From: Klebsormidium nitens | Lineage: Eukaryota > Plantae > Klebsormidiophyceae | Assembly (NCBI GenBank): GCA_000708835.1 | Contig: DF237159.1 | Location: forward strand, 58,679 to 122,678 | Length of the DNA: 64,000 nt | Reading direction: 5' to 3' | Notes under the pieces: model-generated | What the model saw: the letters and a program-made list of their open reading frames with translations, nothing else | What the model was told of the DNA's origin: nothing | Databases searched by the model: none | Shown here: positions 35,934 to 47,700 of the stretch, piece after piece | Layout of the letters: each line of letters opens with the position of its first letter | Position numbering within the stretch: the first letter of the stretch is position 1 | Translations under genes and position numbers: made by a program

Positions 35934-37627
35934 TGTTTTGCGAGTCTCTCAAGAGTCTCTTTCCCTTCCCTCCTCTTCTTAATCCCCCTCTTTCTTTTTG
36001 CTCTTTACATCAGTCTTCTGTCACTGTCCTCATTCCTGTCTTTTCACCACTTCAGTTCTCTACGGCAAGCTGTTGATCCGGAATCCAATCTCCCCAACAG
36101 AAGTGGGGCCTAACGGGATATCCTACTTCCAAAAGTGCTTTTCATCCCTGAGCTTGGGAACACCTGCAGTAACGCACCAAATTGAAGATCCTGGAGCCGT
36201 TTGAGTAATCTCCAAGCTTACTCTTCGCTTGACCTGCTGCTCTTAGAATCTCAAGACCTCTGGTGGTGAGTCCGAAGCTTTCTTGAGAAAGTTTCCGGCG
36301 GCGCTTTGAAAGCTCCTTATGTAACTCTGCAGCTGCTATCCTCTACACATAGAAGGATGGTCTGCTCCGGTGCAGGCCTGCAGAGTAAAGTTTCTTCTTC
36401 ACTTGCATTTTCCACGGAAAGAGCAAAATAAAGTTAACGGAGAACTCAACTACAGCTACTCATTCAAAGACTTACCACCACCAACGGTCCAAGGAAGGGT
36501 CACTTTTGAAGAACGCCACCCTGCAGGAAGTAGTGCCGACAGTTCCCCAGGACAGACTTTTTTACAAGCAGACAGACAATATTAGAAAACATGTCAAGTT
36601 GATGGTGTCCGTTCAATATCAAAGTACAAGAAGCAAAGTCTTCTGCCTGCATGTAAGCTCCTAATTCCAACACGACTCCCAAAGAAACAGACTTGGAACA
36701 GAGTTCAGAATGTTTAAGATCCTCATTACTATTGCGAAACATCATACGACACCAGTGCACAGCATTGCAAAACTTTTCGAGAAAACAGGACACTCATGCG
36801 CGTACCGGTATTCGCATGTCGCTTGGGGGTGTTCTTGGGACCAATGCTGTAGCTTTAGAAAAGCTTTGCTCCTGAGCTACAACATTCTTTCGATCAGGTC
36901 CATGCGCTAATTTCAATTTTCAGGAAAAGGGCCAAGAGCAAAAGTTTTGCTGGAGAGGAACCTTTTCAAGGCTTTGCTTGATGACCACTGCAAGGCAAGT
37001 TTGTCATAAGCGATGAGCACTTCGTCCCATAGGGGGACGGTATACCTAGGTGGAAGAGAAGGTACTATACGCCGACGTTGCTGCCCCACCCCTGCTGACC
37101 AGATTGCCAAGGCTCGCTGTACTGTTCGGAGCCCTGGATTCTTGTTTGCCTATAATACAATAAAGTTAGCAGTACGACCTTACGACGTACCGTATATCTG
37201 CATACGGTATATGCTATACCGGTACTACAGTGAGGCCCAGGGGCACTCCTGACTCCTGATTCCTGAAGGCTGAAGCAGCATCCTGCTGATTGGACTCGGA
37301 GCATGGAAAGTGGCTGCAGATGACCAAAGACGGTAGGTCCAATTAAGGCATCACGAGAAGTTGTGGAGCAAGGAGAGCGCTTGCAACACAGCTCCCCCAT
37401 GCCAATGAGGTTGTAAGTGGTTAATTTGCATCTCGCATACCACAAGCAAAGCTCATCGGGCAGGTAATGTCGGGCTAGTGGTCAGGCGAGCAGGTGCACC
37501 AACTTTTTGAGAGCAGTGCTCAATTCATCTGGAGGAATCATTCATTCTCTCCTTCACAAGATCAACTCGGTGGAGTTGGCAAACAAAAGCAGGGTAAACT
37601 GAGAGCTTACGGCGGCATCAACTTCTG

Positions 37628-39378
37628 ATGGCTGCAAAAGCGGCTGCCAATGACGGCGCCAAGAATGTGGTGCCGAGTATAAGCGCTGTGGCACCCACTG
37701 ATTGGACCACGGCAAGCGAGAACCCAAAGCTAGAGGGGTGCGGAGCCAAGGGGACTGATTGCGAAGAGTGAGCTCAAAACACAGTCTCTGGCTTGGAAAG
37801 TGTGGTCGCGATTCCAGGCGCCACACTTGAAGGAGGAGACAGACCTTGTACATTCTAGTCTTTCAAAAAGATCTGGCGCAAAGAAACTGTTCTGCACCCC
37901 CTTGTCAGATTGCTGCCAGTGACGTCACAATGGCAATCCCAATTGGGCTTACTTTTGGAAGTCTTTGATGGTGAAATTGCGTATGCTCCCTTGAGTTTCT
38001 CCAAATACAGGAGTTGCCCTTGATGTTGCAATGAGGGAATGAAGAGTTCTAGGCTGCTCCCTAACTGTCTAGCTTGCCAGGTCTTTGCGGAGTCCGCTTA
38101 AGTTGTCCAAACACCTGCCTTGATTCACAATGCCCTCAGTGCAGGGCCAAGGAAATTGTCAGGGAGTTCAGGCTTGTTGTGTGTCTTCTCATTGCTGTTG
38201 AATCAGGCAAAACTGAAGGGCTATCGTCAAGCCCCTGATCTGAGAGCTGCGGTCTGTCCCTGAGCAGGTGTTGCACAGGATCATACGGGTTCAGTCAAAT
38301 GCCATGGAGGATCTACTGTAAGAAGGTAAGACTTTGGATTGACATCACGGGGGAAAGAAAGATCTCATTGGTCAATCCACTTCCATCCTTTTTCAGTTAT
38401 TTTGGTAGCTGCCGGCAGTTGTGCAAGTTGGATTCACATTTAATTATCTGAATACACTGGTGCAGCTTCCTGAAAAAGTCAGGGGAAGGAGCCAAATCTT
38501 GACACGATCAGCCCTGCTTTCTCAATGCGCTACGTAGATCCTTGGCGCCTACGAGTGTTGGACGAATAGAGTGCGTCCTCGCAATTGGCTGACTCAAGAA
38601 AATATTCAGGAGGTTACCCTGGAAGTTGAACACTGGAATAACCCCACCAGTGCAGTGTCACATCTGAAAGGGGCCCTCCTGAATTTTGATAGACAATTGT
38701 CTGAGTTTAAGTTGCTCAGGGTTGAAGTGTGTCAGTCTAGACCAAACGCTCAAGCTTGCGCTCAACTGGTGAGTGAGACTGTTCAGCAACTTCCATTAGA
38801 ATGCTGAGGTCCTATCCTCCCTCTGCAGGGGTGCAATCTGGAGGGTGACTGGAAAGACTGTAAGCCAGTGTCTCCCTCTTGCTTATCGTCCCTGCGACCT
38901 TTTGATCAACATCCCATAGATGCATGCTGCTACATCCTCGTGTTCTTTATGTGGAACGCAGTGGTTGTGATTGAATCGAGGTGCATCTAACTGAGAACGT
39001 TCTGATGGTTGATCAAATGTCGTTCATTGGATTCTTCAGGAGCTGTTTTCTGCCGAAAGCGAGCACACACAGTCAAAGTTTTCAACTTTGAACAGACGAC
39101 CTGGAATACATGTATACGTGAGGAGGTTGACTGTCGGACTGTGAGGTTGAAACAAGGATTATTAGTTGCGACGCAAACTCGTTTCCTTCGGAAGAGTATG
39201 CTGGGTCCGTGAAATTGTCCGGCGGACCTCCCTCATGTTTATGCTGAAATTGCTTCTCTGCTACTCCTTTATAGGCCAGAGCTCCTGCAAAGACATGTGC
39301 TTCAAGGACCCCACCATCAGGGACTACAAGTGGTCCAGCTGGGTCGACCGATCACCCGGCGATCCAGTCAAGTCAAAG
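37628..39378 (+). CDS. Cys-rich hypothetical protein, internal exons 37628-37767, 37909-37970, 38081-38180, 38268-38325, 38538-38768, 38829-38859, 39275-39378; 5' and 3' ends unresolved (a probable further exon at 40230-40268)
   Basis: Six consecutive GT-AG junctions are phase-compatible with no stop: ...GCGAKGTDCEELLPVTSQW...DGLCGVRLSCPNTCLDSQCPQCRAKEIVREFRLVVCCTGSYGFSQMPWRIYCKKILGAYECWTNR...CQSRPNAQACAQLGCNLEGDWKDCQSSCKDMCFKDP... The donor at 38181 is the weakest junction. Confidence 0.65.
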
Positions 39379-41098
39379 GTAGGGCTGAAAGACTCCTTTA
39401 CTTTTAAGGCAGACACTCAGTTTACAGATGGGCCCAGCTGTCCTGGAATCGACGTTTACCATCTATAAGTGGAGTGGATCGAACGCGATTTCGACGAGGG
39501 CGCACCGTTCCGCCCTTGGTTGTCTAACCCGGTTCTGAACCTGGTTGTCAAACCAAGGCCTAACGTACCTGATTCCCAAACGGAGACAGAGAAGCACGAC
39601 TCAAGGGCACCAGAATCCTTCCAATTGGATGGGAGTTATAGTTTCGTACGACCCATACTCTTAAATCTGATGCTTCCAAAGTGAAAGTATCGAGTCTGTG
39701 TGTACGAACAGCCTGGCATTCTTTTGCATTGAAGATAGACCAATCCTTTTGGCGACATAAAAGAACAATGACAAGAGGCTGGTCCCCGAACGGAGGCGCT
39801 TTATAGACACCTTTTGCCATATGCGGAAGGGTTCCAACCCGCTTTCATCACTCTTCAAGGTCACCCGGCAGCGTTTCCGTCCAGCTCCTTTTTGGCTCGA
39901 TAAGCAGTTCGCTAATCTGGGTCTTGATCTACTTGTAACGTGACGCTTTAATACGAATCCTTTAGCAACGTGAATGGCGGCAACAATGGTCAATGAAAGC
40001 AGACAAGATAACGAAACGGAATATGTTGGAAGTAACACCACTGGGGAGAGTCCTTAGGTTTCATATCTTGAGTACCTACTCTCCTACGTTCAGGATGCGA
40101 TCCTGTTTCTTTTTTTCCATTTCGAATCAGGTCTGGAGCTGCTCTCTTGTCAGGGCAAGATGTATTGGCGCATACTCTAGGGACACCACGCAACATTATA
40201 CGAATCACTCTTGTGTATTACTCTTGCAGGCCTGCACAGAAGCATGCTTGAAGGGTTGCCTATGGCGGGTGAGTTCAAGCGAACCCGACACGTCTGCTTG
40301 GCTTCTATATTTGGACTGCTCGCAAGTGAGGTACGCGCATGCAGTCATCTCGTTTTGACGAGACAGAAAGCGAAGGAAGAAAGTGAAGGACCACATTTCA
40401 TGTTTCCTTGCGCATTTGTGTCGGCCCGGTTTCCCCACCTCTGAACTTCAGAGTCTGTGAAGTTGCTTCCAGGTATGCAGCAAAAGACTGTCAGGATGCT
40501 TTAAAGGATCTGCATCGATATTTTTTGTGCAGATGTTCTTCCAGAAAGAGGACAACTAATGAGCACATCGAAACGATGTGCGTTCAACAAGCTACTTCAA
40601 CATTCTTTTGTACGGCAGCGTTGCGGCGTTGAGGCCACTTAAACAGGATTGCAATGAGGACACGAGCGCTTGGAGTTGCTCCAGGTACAAACTTTTGTCT
40701 CCTATTGGATTAGATGCTTGGACTTAAAGTCTATGGAACTACTAAGCGGTATAGAGTCGAACTTAAAGACCTCATAAACCTTCATATTTGCACTTGCACT
40801 CGCTGGTAGATTTTCAAACGTGAACTTAACTTTGAATGCCTGAGTACCACTTTGGCCCAACGATAGCTGGATCGGCCCTCCAACTAGACCGTCAAAGGTC
40901 TGCACCTAGTCAAATTGCGCAAGTCATTGCATGGAAGCCCGCTCACCTATAGCCGCCAGATTCTGTCAAGTGTACATAAATGCATCATTGGAGCCCCATG
41001 AGAACGTACGGTTGCATGACATGACGCTATATGCGCAATGTTGGTTTGAGTGACCATGTGTACATATCATGCCGCCATGTCACCGTGTCCGGGCACAG

Positions 41099-41163
41099 AT
41101 CATGCTCCACGTTGCCATCCAGCGCCGTAGCTGGCGCCAGCTATCATGCTCCGTTGCCATCCG
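41099..41163. repeat. Perfect 16-bp palindrome TAGCTGGCGCCAGCTA (41128-41143) flanked by direct repeats ATCATGCTCC(AC)GTTGCCATCC
   Basis: Read directly; lies within a CATG-rich intergenic patch. Confidence 0.8.
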
Positions 41164-41720
41164 ATTCAGGCCGGGCGGCTAACGGTAATTAATTAATTGA
41201 CTCATTGTACGCGGTTCGACATGCAATGAGCTAGCTCTAACGGAGAATTCTGGCAGCTTCCGCGACAATTGCAATATGTACTACAAGATATAACGGCCCA
41301 AGCTCAATGATTTGCACATGCAATTGGCCAGGCAATAGTCACATTAGCCTAGGCTGGCGCGGCACATGGTGCGCATTTTTCGTACGGCCAGCCACTTGAC
41401 GCTTTCATGCAACGTGCAATGATGTATGCATGTACGTTCCAAACAGGCAGACAGTGACCCTACACCTGGCACTGTAAGCTCTCAAAAGTCGATACGTTGC
41501 AGATCGCCATGCTTCAACGGAAGCACGCTGAAGATCTATTTTACATCCATGACGATCAAAGCAAGAAAGTCCAGTGTAGCAACCTGGTGCAACGGTCACT
41601 CCCCACACAAATAAGCGGAGATGGGCCAAAGATGTGGCCGGACAATACGTTCTGCTTTATGTTCGACCAATGTTTCCCAAGTGCGAACCTTCGCAAGTTT
41701 CTCAGAGCTCAGTGGCATCA

Positions 41721-44700
41721 TCAGCGGCCGAACCCAGGCGGCAAGTCCAAGTCCCTCGGCTGGGGAGGGGGGTTTTGCGGGCGACCGAACCCGGGGGGTA
41801 ACCCATCATCCGGAGCGTTGTCTGATCGCCCCAAGAAACGAACCGGTCCCCGCATGTCTTGGTGCGGGTTCGGCACCGGAGGTTGGCCGCCGTAGTACGG
41901 CGGCGGGGGCGCCGTTCCGGCCCCAGGGTTTGGAAGGGTTGGGAAGTTGGGCCGGTTCGAGAATGGCTCGGGCAAAACAAACTCAGGGAGCTCGTCCTCG
42001 CCGTCCGAAAGGGCCCCATGTCCGGCCCAATTGCGCGTCTCCCCAGCCACCCGTAGCGCGCCTCCGGTCACGACAGGGCCCCGCCCCGGCGGGCTCTGGT
42101 GTGACGTCAGCCGGTTGGTGGGGCTCGCCTGCGGGTGGCGGTACGGGGACGTGACACGTGGCGGGCTGCGGTAAGGTGACGTCATCCGGGGCGGGCTCGT
42201 CTGCGGCGCGCGGGGTGGTGACGTCATCCAGGGCGGAGTGGGTTGGGGGGCTGAGAACGGCGGGGGCTGGGGCGGTTGTTGGTAGCCGAAGAGCGGCCCT
42301 CCTGGAAGCGACGCTTCTGGGGGGTTCGTTTGCATGCCTCCCCTGCCCCCTGAATGTACCCTCTGCTGGGGACTCCCCCTTGGGTTAACCCCTAACCCGC
42401 GGTCAGCAAAGCCGCTCGAGCGGTTCCGGTCGGGTGAGAAAGATTCCGTGCGCTGCTGTCCGGAAAAGGCCTTGCTGGGCACAGCGACGCCGGCGCCACT
42501 GCCGGAATAGCCCGGGGGCAAGTCGGCCCGTCTCTCAACAGGGCCCCCGAACCCTCTCGCTTCGTGCTGGGCGGACCCCGAAAATGTGACACGCTGCTGG
42601 GGGGGGCTGCTTTTCGGCGGACCACGCTCCCCCCCGGAATGGGGGGCGGTTTGGGTTGTCCCCGCGAATGAGTGTCTTTGCTCCGCAAGGGGGGGTCCCG
42701 GCCAACTCGGTGACCGCTGGTTGGTTTCCGCACTCGGTCGGAAAGTTTTGGCTTCCTCCGGAGGCGAGTGCGCCGTTTTGGCGAAGTCCACGGACTTCCC
42801 CTGAGCAATTCCCCGTTCAGCCGTCCCCTCCCCTTTCGCGCTACTCGAAACGCTCCCCGAGGGCCTAGCGATGCCCCCCCGCGCCGTTGCCCCATGCTCC
42901 GGAACCGGAACCCCCTGTCCGGAAACCGTACCCCCCTGAAGCGAAACCGCACCCCCTGGTCGGGGCCGATCCCCAGCCTTCTTCCCCGCCGCCCTGTCAA
43001 TCACGAGCTGCAGGGGGGTGTCCTCATTCAACAGCGCCGAAGGGGGGGGCCGTTTCTTTACCCCCCCAGGAGACTTCGGCTCAGCGTTCAGGTCCAAAAC
43101 CGGAACGGCGGACTTCTTCCGGTGCTCAGGGATTGCGGTCGGGGAAGCCAGCCCCCGGAATGAGGGGGGCGCACGCAACCCTCCGGTCCAATCTGCCGCG
43201 TGCCCCCCCTTTGCGCCCAACGGCTGCGCCTCTTGACGGGGATCTAAAGAGCGCTCCAATCTCATCCGTATGCTTTGGCTGGTGCTTTGGCCCCCCCCCT
43301 GATTTGCTGCCAGATCGCCCCCCCGGAACGAGGATCCGTCGACAGAGGCCCTCCCTTCCGCCCCAAACGATGGGCCAAAGCTGTGCAACCCCGCGCTCAG
43401 GGGGGCCGCTTTCTGCCCCGCAACCACCCCCCCGGAAGGAGCTACCGCAGTCAGGGGGCGGCCCTGAGCAAACCCATCCGGTTTGACAGGAACCCCCTGC
43501 AGCAAATTCTGGACACCGCCAAAGGGCGAAACGGTTCCTGCGCTTGGAGAGGGGGGCGGCTTGTCGTTCGAGTCAAAGAGCCGCCCCGAAACGTCAGATC
43601 CTAACCCCCTGCCTCGCCCTCTGCCTCTTCCCCCCCTCCCTCTGCCCCCTTCCGAGACCCCCCTGCCGCGTCCCCTGTGGACAGTCGCGAACTGCCGGTT
43701 ACCATCCCCTTGACCATCCCCCAACCCGGTTTTCTTCTTGGCTGGTTTAGGGAGGAGCCCACCTCCGAGAGGCTTCCTGGCAAGCGCCGCAATTGGGGGA
43801 CTGTCCGACGGGCTAAAGCCAGCCTGCGCATCCCCCCCCGAAACATTGATCCGCTGTAGATTCGCACCTGGGCTCGCCAAGTTTGTGGCTGCGGTGACGC
43901 CGCCGCTCAGCACGCTGTTAGCCTGACCCTGCAGCAAACCCGGGGCTAACCCAAGTGCACCAACGCCCGCTCCCGCGCCAGCTGGCGCACTCCCATTCGA
44001 CGGGGCAACGCTCCGCTCCCCCCCACCTTGACCCCATCCTCTGCTGACATCACCACTCCCAGTGTAAGACGTCACGACTCCCCCCAGCTTGCCCACCAGC
44101 CCGGACATATTCACGGGGGTTCCGTCCGCTGCTTTCGCCACCCCCCCGGAAGGATGTGCGGCCTGGATGGGGGGCCCGTTCGCCGCTTTGGCGGCCCCCC
44201 CGGGAGGTGCTGGTGACTTGCGAGGCCTGCCCAGTGGCTTAGAACCCTTGGAAACCTTCAGCTTGATCTTGTTGATGGGAATGTCTTCCAAGTCCTCCTC
44301 ACCCTGGCGCAGCTTCTTGCGGGGTTTGGCGGGTTTGGGCTCCTTAGGCTCCCTGCAAAAAGAGTTTCATACGCATATATATGCAGTTGACACGTGGGTG
44401 ATCAAAATTTCTATTCCGCTTTGCTTCAAAGAACAAGCGCACCAAATCAGAACTCCAAGACTCGAAAAGCTCTACAACTCAGAAAGAAAGTGTCGTTTGA
44501 CACGGTGCTGGACCCTCTTTGAAGTTTTTCAAACCACGTTCGGTTGGTTTGAACGACGGCTGGTCGATTAGTACTATAACCACACTCATCCACGTCGTAT
44601 CCGCTTCTAAACAGTTAAGGTGCGAGCTGGTGGCTGCGGCCTGGAGAAAAGAAAAAACAAACCCAGAGAAAAAAGGGGACAGGAAATTCTAGGCCTCGTC

Positions 44701-47700
44701 CGATCCCTCACTTCTTCTTCGCAGGCGCCTTCTTCGGCAGTGGGGCCGCCTCCGGTTCCGCCGAGAAGGCCGTCATCGCGCCCTCTGCCCAGTCGGTGAT
44801 GTCGCCCTTGAGGGCCAGGTTTGCGGCGACCCTGCAAACCGATCGCGCACCCAAATCAGGGGCGCGAATACACGCGTTCGTGGTTTCAGCGTGATGGAAG
44901 AGAAAGAATAAGGTTTCAACTGTGCTAATCATCGATGCTCCTGTGAAACATCTGGTCGGTGCTTTAAACGTTGTCTCGTTTGAACTTGGCTTCAAAGGTT
45001 GGGTGCCCGAAAATGCCATATGTATTCGCGGTCTCTAGGGAATCGCAAAAGGACCTAAGCCAGCTCAGATACTAGCTAAAGGATGGATGTGCAGCACTCC
45101 AAAGGGAGTCTGATTGCCTTGCAATTTTCCTTTGAACTCGGAGCACTGTAAGCTAAGTTTTCATGAAGTTGTAGCATTCCTTGTGCCTCTGAAAATATCT
45201 CGACCGAAGGTTCGGAATCCAAACACGCTATCTAATGTAGCCAGGACGCATCTTCACGGGGGCTACGACGCCAAAGGTCTAGCAAATTGTTGGGAATCAG
45301 ACAAAGTAAAAGGGACGATCCCAATTGAGAAGTTTGCAAACAGCCCCTCACCTGTATCTCCCCTCCGCCACCTCGCCTTTCTTCAGCGCGACTGCCCCCA
45401 GATCCTTCGGCTCCTCCACCTTCGGCAGCAGTTCCATCCACCCCGCCAAGCCCTCCCCGGGCCTGCTGACGTCACCCCCGACGACGCTGACGTCAGCGGC
45501 CGGGTCGACGACGTCAGCAAAGCCGGCCGTCGCGGCCGCGAGCTCCTCCTCGTCGCTGTCCGAGACCTCGGCCCGAGCGAGGCGTCCGAGGTCCGCGGCT
45601 TGGGTTAGGAACTGCCGAACCGGGTTGAAGTCGGGTTTAGGCTCTTGTTCCGTTGTTGGGGGAAGGGTTTGTTGGGCTGGAAGCGGCGGGCCTGCCTGGC
45701 TCGGTTGGGTTGGTTCGGGTTTAGAGAAACCTAATTGCTGCCCGACAATGGTTTGTGAGGAGGTTAGCAGGGCGGCTGGCAGGGAACTAGGTTGGAGAGG
45801 CGGTGTCTCCGTCCGGTCCGAATCGGCCGGCGACGCATTCAAGTCCACAAGCTTCGGCTGGGGCGGCTGCGCCGCAAAACTCGTAACCCACCCCAGATCC
45901 TGCTCCAAACCGGGGCTAAGCCCGGGTTCCCTCTCGCTGATCGGCCTCCCCGCTAACCGCGCCAGGGTCTCAAACGCGTCCTTTCCGGCCGCTCGGTGCG
46001 ACGGGTGCGGAGCCACGTGGTTAGCGCTAACCACCGCGGCTGATTCCTGGTCGACTCGGATAAACCCTAACCCTTCTGGTGAGGGGACGGGCGCGGCGGG
46101 CGGTTGCGTGGTTTTCGAAAGCGTCTGCGGATGCCGCTGGGAAGCGCGCACAGCGTTCTCGAAGTCGGGGGGCAGCGCCACGACGACGTCACCCGGGGAT
46201 GACGTCACCCTCTCTAGGAGCAGCTTGGCCTGCTCCTCTGTGATCGCCGGCTGCGGTGTGAATGGGCTCTCTGGGCGGACGGACTGTGGAGGCTCGGCCG
46301 TTTCGTCGGGCTTCTTCACACCGTCGGTGCTGATAGCCGGAACGACTCCGCCTTGGTCAGGGGCCGAAGTGGAGACGACCGATGGCGGCTCGCCAGCTGG
46401 CGGAAGGTTCAGCTCGAGCGGTTTGCTTAACCCTCCAGAATCCACCGCACTCCCCGAAGCAGCCTCGCTTTTCCGCTCAGTTTCTGCCCCTTCCGCATCA
46501 TTCCCCTCTGCCTGAACGCCGACAGCTGTCGCCGGTACTTCGCCAGCTGGTTTTGAAGGGCCAACAGCTGGCGTCAAGTCCTTGACAGCTGGAACCGAGT
46601 CGCTGTCAGCTGGCGCAACGCCGTGGGCCTTCATCAAGGCGGCGTAACGCTCCCTGCACTGCTCGGGCGAGCGTTTCCTCCCCCGGTGAGGCCCCAGGTC
46701 TGGCACCCCCGCCAGCACGTCGCTTGCCACGTCCCAATTTACACCAAGCTCCACCACAGCTGAACACAGTATGACGTCCTCAGCGTGCTTCCACGGTGTG
46801 AAGTCTCTCCCGCCCCTAGACCGCTCGAACTCCGCCTTGCGCCGCCGGAAGAGCTCCAGTGTCTGGGACGGTTTGTGTAACGTCCCCGAAGAAGGCAGTG
46901 TGAACACGCCCCCTGCTGCAGACGCTTTCTTCTGGACCGTATCCCTGCTGCCGTCCAGATCCAACGGCCCAGATTCGCCCAGCGACGCGTTTTCCCACGG
47001 GTAGCCGAAATCGAACGACCAATCTTCTCTGAGAGAGGGTGCGCCGAGCTCGGACAGCTTTTTCTTCTTGTTCTTCTTTCCAGGGGGGCCCGAGAAGGGC
47101 TCGTTTGAGCCCCCTGCGGTGAGGGTGGGCGTGAGGCGGGTGCCTTCTTCGTCCTCCACGAACTCGTCCAGGTACCTAATAGAAGGAAGAAATAGACCTT
47201 AATACCAGTCGCTAAAACCGTTTTCTACGGTAAGAGACAAAGTGAAAACAATGTACTTTCCTCTTGTCAAAGGACTCAACTTAGTAAGGAGAACGAGAAG
47301 CTGCAATACAACCGAGCGTCCACTGCAAGTAGCTGACACCGTGATGCAAAATAGGAGGACAGTTCGAACAAACAACGACAGTTCAAAAACTTCAAAGCGG
47401 CCCAGCTTAAGCAGGTGTAGCGTTTCTTTGCTTTCGTTCCTGCTGAAAGAGGGTTCCTGAGTACCTTTGATGCTCGAAATGGTGAAATGGTGCACGGACA
47501 AGATAAGCAACGCCCGTGAGAAACGCCTCACTTTGGCACCCTGCGCTTGCGCTGCGAGGGGTTTCCTGCCACTCAAGGAACATAGAGGCGGAGCAGTATA
47601 AAAGTAGAAGAAAAAGACTAGGCGAAAGAAACGGCAACAAAAGCAAAAGCCTGCGCGGAAAGCGACTCACTTCGGCACCTTGCGCTTGCGCTGCGAGGGG

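Noticed and set aside
37613-37770. Minus-strand hydrophobic (TM/GPI-like) peptide SFGFSLAVVQSVGATALILGTTFL
   Set aside because: Antisense to a plus-strand exon that fits a six-junction phased gene model.
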